From assembly GCA_009103225.1 (NCBI GenBank), contig RHPI01001412.1, forward strand, positions 1-44,168: a stretch of DNA of 44,168 bases, read 5' to 3'. Origin of the DNA: Chlorokybus atmophyticus. Lineage: Eukaryota > Plantae > Mesostigma and Chlorokybus algae. The notes under the pieces were generated by a model. The model saw only the letters and a list, made by a program, of their open reading frames with translations. It did no database searches and had not been told where the DNA came from. Below are positions 1 to 10,431 of the stretch, piece after piece. Positions within the stretch are counted from its first letter, which is position 1; each line of letters begins with the position of its first letter. The position numbers and the translations under genes are program-made.

Positions 1-1013
1 AGGCGGCAGCGACTGCAGCGGCGGCGACGGCGGCACTAGCAGCCGCTACCCACTAAGGTGGGTAGTGATGGTTGTTAGGTGTTGTTGTTGTTGTTGTTGT
101 AGTTGTTAAACGCTGTTGCCGGTGTAGTTAGCTTGCATGCTTGCCTGCTAGCCTAGCGCAGCCTAGCCGCCTTAGCCTAGCCTAGCCTAGCTTGCTGTTA
201 GGAAAGGCGGCCACTCAGGCAGCCTATCCCCCAAGCATTGCATGCCCAGCACATCACTTGTATCACATTATGTGATTACATTACTGTGCTTGTGCTTGTG
301 TGCTTGCCACCACTTGGATTCGTGGTGGTGTGAAGGGTGTGAAATTGTATTCACAAAACCAACTCTTGTGAGGCAGTCCAGTGGCAACATCGGCTGCCGT
401 TATCGCCAGTCAGTGCGGTGAGGCCGCCAGAGTCACTCTGTGCGGCCGATATCAAACTCACAACTCACAACTCGCTGATATCAGCCTGTAGGGTTGATTC
501 AACGAGATTTTGGCACCTTGTGTGTCAATTACAATTGTGGGTTGAGCTGAGTTGTACAAAGTGAAAACTTTGACAAGTTGTAACTTGTGAACCGCCGCGT
601 GGATTCGCGCGCGGTTTGTTGCAGAGTGAGTGTCTAGTTGAAAGGTGTGCGGAGAGCTCGTGTTTGAGCTGAATATTCCACGTTAAGCACTTGAAACTTG
701 ACGAGACAAAATTTGTAGATTTTAACACTTGTGCAGTGCACAACTTGTGTGTTTTGTGCACTTGCACACTTCTACTATTGACGGCTTGTATTCTTGGGCA
801 GATGTCTGACCAAGGAGGGGATAATGCGGAGAAGTCCACATCATATGAGCCATCGAGTGAAGAGGAAGTGAACTACTCTGATACGAGTGAAAGCTATAAG
901 CTTACTATCATTGATAAAGAGGAAGACAAGGAAGATAGCGATGCTTCTCCTGACCAGTCTTCTTAGAGTGCNATGCTGCGGCTCGCACCTGTTACGTCTG
1001 TCATAAGCCTGAA

Positions 1014-1158
1014 TGTAACGGTGTGCTACCTCCATAGAGGTTCCCCGCCCTTATTTATTCCTAAATAAAGGTCCCAACGGGATTATACAGCCTATTAAGC
1101 CATATTAGGGCCGGTAGCCTATGTTAAGGCCCTTATGTAGTGTTACTTATCTGTAACA
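1014..1158. mobile_element. Short solo LTR, 145 bp (copy 1)
   Basis: Starts TGT(AAC) and ends (TGTA)ACA; flanked by a 5-bp TSD CTGAA (1009-1013 and 1159-1163); internal AATAAA. Confidence 0.75.
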
Positions 1159-3397
1159 CTGAAATCGACATTCGACATGAGTCTCATGTCGATATCAGCC
1201 GCATGGCGGCGCTGCTAACGCAGCGACCGCCATAGCCAGGGGATCTTCTGCTTCGGCAGTTGCCCCTGGCGGCGGCGGCGTGGGCGACGTGGCTGGTGGT
1301 GGTGTTGGGGTAGGGGATTAAAGGGAGGAGGGAGTACCCCCTCTCCTTACAGTCATTGTTGTGTAGAGTGTTGTTCTGTGTCCTCGGCGTGTTACTTTTG
1401 ATGCGAGTCACGGATATAGATGGGTTGTGTATTACATGCGCTTGTAGGGTTTATAGCGGTAATAGTACATAAGTTTTCAGTTATGTTAGCCATTAGTGCT
1501 GTGAGAAGCAGACACGCAATTGTTGCTGGTAGCATGCGTGTGGCGCCACTATTGCACCCCGTGTGCATTTAAATAGTATAATATTTACAATCTTGCTGCA
1601 ACATCCTGCATGAATTGAAGCCATATTGTACAGCCAGCTGAACGATTCGGACGCAAACATCAGCAAGTTGTAAGGACACATTACTTCGGTATTTGAACAA
1701 ACTCAAGCTGTTATAATTACCCAATGCTAACTGCATGGCATACATGGGGGGGGGGGGGGAGAGCGCACGCACAGCATGGTTCCAGCACTACACACACATC
1801 CGCTTATCACACCCGCCATCACGCCAACCCTTAGCAAGGCAAATCTCTTGGCTTGTGCAATCTGCACTGCAAGTTCTGCAAAGCAATCTGCTTGAAAGAT
1901 TGGGCCAACGCGAATCATATTGAATGATCTCGTTGAGGAAATATAAGCCAGTTTTCTTAGGTTCGAATGGTAGCGCATGCGCTTCCAAGTTTCGTAATTC
2001 AATAGCCATTGCGTAAGAAGAATCGTATTGGTAAGGTCTCTTTCCTGCTTGGTTTATGCCATATTTCATAATGGGCCCAGTGTTAAGGAATTCAAATTGA
2101 CGCTTCCCTTTGGCTCAACTGCATGTGTAGCTCTTTGCTGCACTTATGTTGGGTGAGTTGCGCTCATCCGCTGGCGCGATACCTTTAACCAAGTGCATGC
2201 GTGCTATATTCGCTTTGCGTGCAATTGTATGGATGGCCACAAGTGTCACGCTTGCAAGGCTTTACTCGTTCTCATGACACTGCTTGCTAAATAGCATAGC
2301 ACGTCAGTTGATTGCATATGTCTGTTCCTTCCACGTGTGAGTACAATGCATATTGGTCGGCGGTTTGCAACCTGCCGCTAAGCCCAAGAGCTTTAGGTTT
2401 GAGATTGTACAAGTATTGAAAGGAGCCAGCACGGGGCCAATCGATATGCAGCTATGATGTGATGTGACATGCTCTATTGCCTCATGTGAGGACAACCCCG
2501 TGTTGGTATCATTCACGTAAGGGTGCTAAGACAAGCAGGCACTGAGCAACTATTCCAATAATCAGTTATCTTTGTTGGGATAGTCGCCGTTATCCCACGC
2601 CTCCGCGATAGTCTATTCCTCGCACTACGTTGGTGCGCACTGGATAACGCCCAATTATTGCGTTGGTGGGGTCGCAAGACGGCGGATACAGTCGAGATAG
2701 GTACCCAAAAGCTATCCTATCCAACTGTTATCGCGCAGGTGGGGAGAGCCTCTTACCTTCGGAAGAGCTGCGGGCTGAGGTCCTCAGCCTAAGGATCAGC
2801 ACCGACATTGTTTCGGTGTCGGTCCGAGACACCCAAAGGCGTTGTCGAACGCGTTGGTACTGTCAGACCACGGAGTCTTTGGTCTCGGCGCGCTGCCAGG
2901 GTTTCGGCCCCTACTGCGGCGTCATGTCACACTTACTCTTGCATGAGTCAAGTATACCTCATGCATTCACTCATGCATAAGCAGCGGTGTAGTCGTCCAT
3001 TCATGCATGCCAGCCGTTCCGCGCTTTCCGGCTGTGTTGCCGCCGTCGTACGTGTCATTTTTCTCTATGATGTGACCCCGCTTCTCCCCGAAGCAAGCTG
3101 GCTACAACAGGTAAGCCTTCGTCTGCATTGGTGTCGTGCTGTGCTCTGCTTGATCAACCCGCGCTCATGCATGGCGCGTTTGCTCCTCGCAGTGTCTGCT
3201 GACATGTACGGACCTCCCCAGCTCCTCTGCTGCTAAGCTCTAGCAGGTTCTGCTATCAGCTGCTATAAGCTTGAAGCTTAGCTACAGAGGAGTCTGTCTG
3301 CTCTGTTTGCGGTGAAAACATCCGGTGGCAAGCCTTGCATGAGCGTGCTTCGTTCACAGGCAGGCTCTCAGGCGGGTTTGCTCGCACCCCGTCACAG

Positions 3398-4861
3398 ATG
3401 GCTTGGAGCGGTGGATTGCTGATGATGTTGATGCTCGGCAGCATGGTCTGCATGCTGGTGACAACAGCTTCTGCTCAGGTGTGACGGTAGTCATTCATGC
3501 TTGCAACTGGCCTTCAAGGCGGCGCAGGAGGGCTTTCAAGCACACAACTTACGACTTGTGCTTTGGGTCCGAGTGGCTGTTTCTAGCGCTCTGTGGCAAT
3601 TCTTGTCTGCTGCCTGCTGTGTGTAGAGTAGGTGTGGCGCTATGCTCTTGCTTGTTGCAGCTGGGAAGGCTTGTGCACGTACTTCTCCGTTGTTTCCTCC
3701 ATCTATTCATTTGTTACATGGTTTGCACAGGTTGCAAGCTGCACATACGCTGTCCAGGAAGACCAAGGCTCCCAAAGCATCACAGCCCTTTGTAGTTCAG
3801 CAGACGTCCAGACGCTGTGTACGCTCAATCAGGACAAGTGTCCCAACCAGGGGCTTCTGTTCTATGGCGGCGACCTGCTGGTCTTGCCCAGCGACTGCTG
3901 CGGTAGCACCATTCCAGGCAGGCTGGCTCCCAATGGCACAGTTATCGCTGTTTCAGCTGCTGGCATCTCCTTGGCGTCTCAGTCTGGTCTGTGCAGCTAC
4001 TACATCCCACCTGGAGAAGGCGCCAACCAGGTGCTCAGAGCTTGCCCAGGGCTGTCTATCCCAGACATCTGCACACTCAACAATGGAGGTGGCGGCACTT
4101 ACAACCTCTGCAGCACTGGTGGTAAGCTGTCTTGGGACTTGACGGAGAAGGCCATCCTTGCAGACTGGTGCTGCAACTACGCGTCCGTGCCATCCCGCCT
4201 GCTGGATGCCGACATTGTTGTCAACATCACGGCTGAGCCTAACCTGGGTCCCCCGCCGGCAATGCTGCCCTGCACTAGTAGCAATGGATCCGGTGGCGTG
4301 TGCTACTACACAACATTTGTCTGCTTCCAGGACTACCCATGCATGGGCTGGGTCAACAGTGCCTCCGGCTTGTCGAACGACTCTTTCTGCGGTCCGTGCA
4401 ATGGCTCCATCCCGCAGGCGTGTCTGGCGAAGGACGCGCATGTGTCCTCCAGCCCCACTCTTGAGAGCCAAGTCAACAGTGCCGTTTGTCACAAGCTTCA
4501 AGAGGGTGTCTGCACCATTGGCTCCACAGCCTGCGGCCCCGTTGTAGGCTTCGCCTGTGCAACGCTCTGTGAAACTGTGTACAGCCATTCTCCTGCTGCC
4601 TGCCCAGAGGTTTGCAACCCCTTGAACACCTGCCTGGCGTCCGTGCTGCAGGATCAAAGCGTCTACGGCAATTGTGACAAGAATGCGCCTGGGCCAGGAG
4701 TTGGGCCTTGCAATTATTACTGCCGCAACCGAAAGTGGATCCTTGGAATAGCAATTGGCTTGCCCATTGCGCTGATGGTAGCGTCCTTGGGCTGGGCCTA
4801 CCAGAAGCGACGAGCGAGGAGGGCAGCCAGGAATCCTGCGGTTGCTTATAAACACTGTTAG
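3398..4861 (+). CDS. Cys-rich single-pass (type I) membrane protein of unknown family, ~403 aa, copy 1; exons 3398-3478 and 3731-4861
   Basis: Exon 1 encodes a signal-peptide-like MAWSGGLLMMLMLGSMVCMLVTTASAQ; phase-0 GT-AG intron 3479-3730; 30 Cys counted in the ectodomain; TM segment WILGIAIGLPIALMVASLGWAY then a basic tail QKRRARRAAR. Probable 5'-UTR intron 3111-3397 (GTAAG...CACAG). Confidence 0.8.
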
Positions 4862-4933
4862 GAAGATTTCTAGTAGTGGTATCCTTTGCAGTATCCGATG
4901 CTGCAAGACCGAGCGGCTCGGTCTCCTGTAGCN

Positions 4934-5814
4934 GTTTGGGAGTGGAAACCTCACAACGTTGCAAGGATGTGTTCTGGTACTTGGGACCTAACTTGGAAGA
5001 CAAGTTGACTGGCCGAGTGCAGTTGACGGCACGCCTCGATGCTATGCAGTTTGAGTTGGTGGCGCTGCGCCAACTGGTGGCGGGTGCTACTTCAGCAGGT
5101 CTGCTGGTGACAGCGCTGAACAAGCCTGAGGAGTTCAAGCCTAACGGCAGCGTCAGCATTCGCGACTGGGTGGTCACTGTCGAGCACTACTTGACGGCAC
5201 TCAAGCGCCTCGTTAATGAGCACATTGCCGTGGCTGAGTTGCTCATGCCATCTAATGCTCTCGCTGAATGGGCGAGGCAGACAGAAGATGGTGCTGCCAA
5301 GACAGTGGAGGCACTTTTTCAGTTCCTGATGGAACGCTATGGTGGCATGGCCCTGGTTACTTAGGCTCGCAACAAGCTCAGCAAGTTGCGCCAGAATGGT
5401 TGGGCGGCCTCAACCTATCTGCAGGAGTTTCAGGCATTGGTGGGTCGCGCAAACAGCGGCCTCATGCCCATGGACAAGGCCGAGCAGTTTGAATTGTACA
5501 AGCATGGCTTGGATGCGCGTGTGCGTGATCAGCTGCAGTACAACACGGCAACGGGACTTCCTTGGGTTCCAGAGGACTTGGCCAAGCTGCAGAAGATGAG
5601 CGTGTACCTGTACAATAATGACACGACGGTGCGGGACAAGTCACATGTGGCAGTTTCGGCCCAGCCGCCGGGGGTGGGCGGAAAGCGTTTCTCTCATCCG
5701 AGTGCACACCTGGCAAAGAAGGCGAAGACATTTGGTGCTTCTACCAGTGGCGCACCTGCTGGTGGTGCCATGCATGCTGCGGCTCGCACCTGTTACGTCT
5801 GTCATAAGCCTGAA
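4934..5814 (+). pseudogene. Ty3/gypsy-like retrotransposon Gag fragment, inactivated
   Basis: ORFs 4876 and 5386 share a frame, separated by one TAG (5362-5364). KPEEF..DWVVTVEHYL..FLMERYG..ARNKLSKLRQ..YLQEFQAL..LYKHGLDARVRDQL resembles the Retrotrans_gag pattern. It ends in a truncated CCHC knuckle (CYVCHKPE); the 5' end is lost at N4933. Confidence 0.8.
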
Positions 5815-5959
5815 TGTAACGGTGTGCTACCTCCATAGAGGTTCCCCGCCCTTATTTATTCCTAAATAAAGGTCCCAACGGGATTATACAGCCTATTAAG
5901 CCATATTAGGGCCGGTAGCCTATGTTAAGGCCCTTATGTAGTGTTACTTATCTGTAACA
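5815..5959. mobile_element. Short solo LTR, 145 bp (copy 2), interrupting the gag zinc knuckle
   Basis: Same TG...CA ends and CTGAA TSD; begins immediately after the codons for CYVCHKPE of the gag fragment. Confidence 0.75.
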
Positions 5960-8198
5960 CTGAAATCGACATTCGACATGAGTCTCATGTCGATATCAGC
6001 CGCATGGCGGCGCTGCTAACGCAGCGACCGCCATAGCCAGGGGATCTTCTGCTTCGGCAGTTGCCCCTGGCGGCGGCGGCGTGGGCGACGTGGCTGGTGG
6101 TGGTGTTGGGGTAGGGGATTAAAGGGAGGAGGGAGTACCCCCTCTCCTTACAGTCATTGTTGTGTAGAGTGTTGTTCTGTGTCCTCGGCGTGTTACTTTT
6201 GATGCGAGTCACGGATATAGATGGGTTGTGTATTACATGCGCTTGTAGGGTTTATAGCGGTAATAGTACATAAGTTTTCAGTTATGTTAGCCATTAGTGT
6301 TGTGAGAAGCAGACACGCAATTGTTGCTGGTAGCATGCGTGTGGCGCCACTATTGCACCCCGTGTGCATTTAAATAGTATAATATTTACAATCTTGCTGC
6401 AACATCCTGCATGAATTGAAGCCATATTGTACAGCCAGCTGAACGATTCGGACGCAAACATCAGCAAGTTGTAAGGACACATTACTTCGGTATTTGAACA
6501 AACTCAAGCTGTTATAATTACCCAATGCTAACTGCATGGCATACATGGGGGGGGGGGGGGAGAGCGCACGCACAGCATGGTTCCAGCACTACACACACAT
6601 CCGCTTATCACACCCGCCATCACGCCAACCCTTAGCAAGGCAAATCTCTTGGCTTGTGCAATCTGCACTGCAAGTTTTGCAAAGCAATCTGCTTGAAAGA
6701 TTGGGCCAACGCGAATCATATTGAATGATCTCGTTGAGGAAATATAAGCCAGTTTTCTTAGGTTCGAATGGTAGCGCATGCGCTTCCAAGTTTCGTAATT
6801 CAATAGCCATTGCGTAAGAAGAATCGTATTGGTAAGGTCTCTTTCCTGCTTGGTTTATGCCATATTTCATAATGGGCCCAGTGTTAAGGAATTCAAATTG
6901 ACGCTTCCCTTTGGCTCAACTGCATGTGTAGCTCTTTGCTGCACTTATGTTGGGTGAGTTGCGCTCATCCGCTGGCGCGATACCTTTAACCAAGTGCATG
7001 CGTGCTATATTCGCTTTGCGTGCAATTGTATGGATGGCCACAAGTGTCACGCTTGCAAGGCTTTACTCGTTCTCATGACACTGCTTGCTAAATAGCATAG
7101 CACGTCAGTTGATTGCATATGTCTGTTCCTTCCACGTGTGAGTACAATGCATATTGGTCGGCGGTTTGCAACCTGCCGCTAAGCCCAAGAGCTTTAGGTT
7201 TGAGATTGTACAAGTATTGAAAGGAGCCAGCACGGGGCCAATCGATATGCAGCTATGATGTGATGTGACATGCTCTATTGCCTCATGTGAGGACAACCCC
7301 GTGTTGGTATCATTCACGTAAGGGTGCTAAGACAAGCAGGCACTGAGCAACTATTCCAATAATCAGTTATCTTTGTTGGGATAGTCGCCGTTATCCCACG
7401 CCTCCGCGATAGTCTATTCCTCGCACTACGTTGGCGCGCACTGGATAACGCCCAATTATTGCGTTGGTGGGGTCGCAAGACGGCGGATACAGTCGAGATA
7501 GGTACCCAAAAGCTATCCTATCCAACTGTTATCGCGCAGGTGGGGAGAGCCTCTTACCTTCGGAAGAGCTGCGGGCTGAGGTCCTCAGCCTAAGGATCAG
7601 CACCGACATTGTTTCGGTGTCGGTCCGAGACACCCAAAGGCGTTGTCGAACGCGTTGGTACTGTCAGACCACGGAGTCTTTGGTCTCGGCGCGCTGCCAG
7701 GGTTTCGGCCCCTACTGCGGCGTCATGTCACACTTACTCGTGCATGAGTCAAGTATACCTCATGCATTCACTCATGCATAAGCAGCGGTGTAGTCGTCCA
7801 TTCATGCATGCCAGCCGTTCCGCGCTTTCCGGCTGTGTTGCCGCCGTCGTACGTGTCATTTTTCTCTATGATGTGACCCCGCTTCTCCCCGAAGCAAGCT
7901 GGCTACAACAGGTAAGCCTTCGTCTGCATTGGTGTCGTGCTGTGCTCTGCTTGATCAACCCGCGCTCATGCATGGCGCGTTTGCTCCTCGCAGTGTCTGC
8001 TGACATGTACGGACCTCCCCAGCTCCTCTGCTGCTAAGCTCTAGCAGGTTCTGCTATCAGCTGCTATAAGCTTGAAGCTTAGCTACAGAGGAGTCTGTCT
8101 GCTCTGTTTGCGGTGAAAACATCCGGTGGCAAGCCTTGCATGAGCGTGCTTCGTTCACAGGCAGGCTCTCAGGCGGGTTTGCTCGCACCCCGTCACAG

Positions 8199-9662
8199 AT
8201 GGCTTGGAGCGGTGGATTGCTGATGATGTTGATGCTCGGCAGCATGGTCTGCATGCTGGTGACAACAGCTTCTGCTCAGGTGTGACGGTAGTCATTCATG
8301 CTTGCAACTGGCCTTCAAGGCGGCGCAGGAGGGCTTTCAAGCACACAACTTACGACTTGTGCTTTGGGTCCGAGTGGCTGTTTCTAGCGCTCTGTGGCAA
8401 TTCTTGTCTGCTGCCTGCTGTGTGTAGAGTAGGTGTGGCGCTATGCTCTTGCTTGTTGCAGCTGGGAAGGCTTGTGCACGTACTTCTCCGTTGTTTCCTC
8501 CATCTATTCATTTGTTACATGGTTTGCACAGGTTGCAAGCTGCACATACGCTGTCCAGGAAGACCAAGGCTCCCAAAGCATCACAGCCCTTTGTAGTTCA
8601 GCAGACGTCCAGACGCTGTGTACGCTCAATCAGGACAAGTGTCCCAACCAGGGGCTTCTGTTCTATGGCGGCGACCTGCTGGTCTTGCCCAGCGACTGCT
8701 GCGGTAGCACCATTCCAGGCAGGCTGGCTCCCAATGGCACAGTTATCGCTGTTTCAGCTGCTGGCATCTCCTTGGCGTCTCAGTCTGGTCTGTGCAGCTA
8801 CTACATCCCACCTGGAGAAGGCGCCAACCAGGTGCTCAGAGCTTGCCCAGGGCTGTCTATCCCAGACATCTGCACACTCAACAATGGAGGTGGCGGCACT
8901 TACAACCTCTGCAGCACTGGTGGTAAGCTGTCTTGGGACTTGACGGAGAAGGCCATCCTTGCAGACTGGTGCTGCAACTACGCGTCCGTGCCATCCCGCC
9001 TGCTGGATGCCGACATTGTTGTCAACATCACGGCTGAGCCTAACCTGGGTCCCCCGCCGGCAATGCTGCCCTGCACTAGTAGCAATGGATCCGGTGGCGT
9101 GTGCTACTACACAACATTTGTCTGCTTCCAGGACTACCCATGCATGGGCTGGGTCAACAGTGCCTCCGGCTTGTCGAACGACTCTTTCTGCGGTCCGTGC
9201 AATGGCTCCATCCCGCAGGCGTGTCTGGCGAAGGACGCGCATGTGTCCTCCAGCCCCACTCTTGAGAGCCAAGTCAACAGTGCCGTTTGTCACAAGCTTC
9301 AAGAGGGTGTCTGCACCATTGGCTCCACAGCCTGCGGCCCCGTTGTAGGCTTCGCCTGTGCAACGCTCTGTGAAACTGTGTACAGCCATTCTCCTGCTGC
9401 CTGCCCAGAGGTTTGCAACCCCTTGAACACCTGCCTGGCGTCCGTGCTGCAGGATCAAAGCGTCTACGGCAATTGTGACAAGAATGCGCCTGGGCCAGGA
9501 GTTGGGCCTTGCAATTATTACTGCCGCAACCGAAAGTGGATCCTTGGAATAGCAATTGGCTTGCCCATTGCGCTGATGGTAGCGTCCTTGGGCTGGGCCT
9601 ACCAGAAGCGACGAGCGAGGAGGGCAGCCAGGAATCCTGCGGTTGCTTATAAACACTGTTAG
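8199..9662 (+). CDS. Cys-rich type I membrane protein, copy 2; exons 8199-8279 and 8532-9662
   Basis: The ORF-track translation is identical to copy 1. Confidence 0.8.
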
Positions 9663-10431
9663 GAAGATTTCTAGTAGTGGTATCCTTTGCAGTATCCGAT
9701 GCTGCAAGACCGAGCGGCTCGGTCTCCTGTAGCGCACAGAGGAGCCACGAACTTGAAAGACATAATATCATGTATCAAATCGTTGGAGTTGCTGGGCAGG
9801 ATAGTTTCATGCTGAGTAGTATAATTATAACGCCGCCCATCGCCCCGGGCCCTGCAGTGACTGAGTCGGATGCGGCGCAGTGTGTGATTGGCTGGAGAGA
9901 GAGGCGGAGTGAGGGCGCGCAGGGGGCGTGGGTGTGTGAGAGGGCATGGGCGCTGGTGCGTGTGGTGTGTATGAGTGACCGTGTGCTCTAGGGAGCGTGC
10001 TACACACAGGCACTGTACTTGTGCACATTGTATAAATATGCATGTGTGTGTGTTTGGTTATATAAAGGGTATGGTACTATGGCAACATGCATGGTGTGTC
10101 GCATCATATATATGCCATGGTGTGGTGCTTAAGTCTCTCTCAGAATGTGCTGCAATTGCCGCTGACATCCTGATACACAGCAATGGCATAATGCGAGTCA
10201 CAACTTCAACATGAAGTTGCAAGCTTGTGCACGACATCTGCATGCAGATGGTGATACAAGTATAATATAATAGCATCTGGTAAGACATTGCTTCCACACC
10301 ATGTGTAAGTCAGTACGCCACTTGTGATACCAGCAGTCACCTATCAAAGTATGCATCTGCTGCAGCTGCATCCAACAAACATGACAGCATTGCCACCTTG
10401 TTACAACCAGTACATGTCAGTTCAGATTGGT

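Larger units (their letters stand above)
973..4932. repeat. Copy 1 of a 3,960-bp near-identical duplication (copy 2 = 5774-9733, offset 4801)
   Basis: Identity starts right after the single N at 972 and ends right before the single N at 4933. Four differences seen by eye: 1499C/6300T, 1876C/6677T, 2634T/7435C, 2939T/7740G. Confidence 0.97.
5774..9733. repeat. Copy 2 of the 3,960-bp duplication
   Basis: Matches 973-4932 and runs without a gap into the gag fragment on the left and unique sequence on the right. Confidence 0.97.

Noticed and set aside
1569-2069. Protein-like minus-strand ORFs (e.g. MKYGINQAGK..., IFQADCFAELAVQ...)
   Set aside because: Two frames look equally plausible and I recognise no family; possibly a pseudogene, but not supportable without BLASTX.
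2610-2640. HDV-like ribozyme (TTCCTCGC resembles L3) or group II intron start (GTGCG)
   Set aside because: The flanking P3 bases do not pair, no domain V consensus follows, and copy 2 lacks GTGCG.
2770-2825. Hammerhead ribozyme on the minus strand (CTGAGGA and CGAAAC both present)
   Set aside because: Stems I and II cannot form in any permutation, and stem III would be only 2 bp.
3953-4954. 333-aa minus-strand ORF (and its copy at 8754-9737)
   Set aside because: Antisense shadow of the Cys-rich gene; no motifs.
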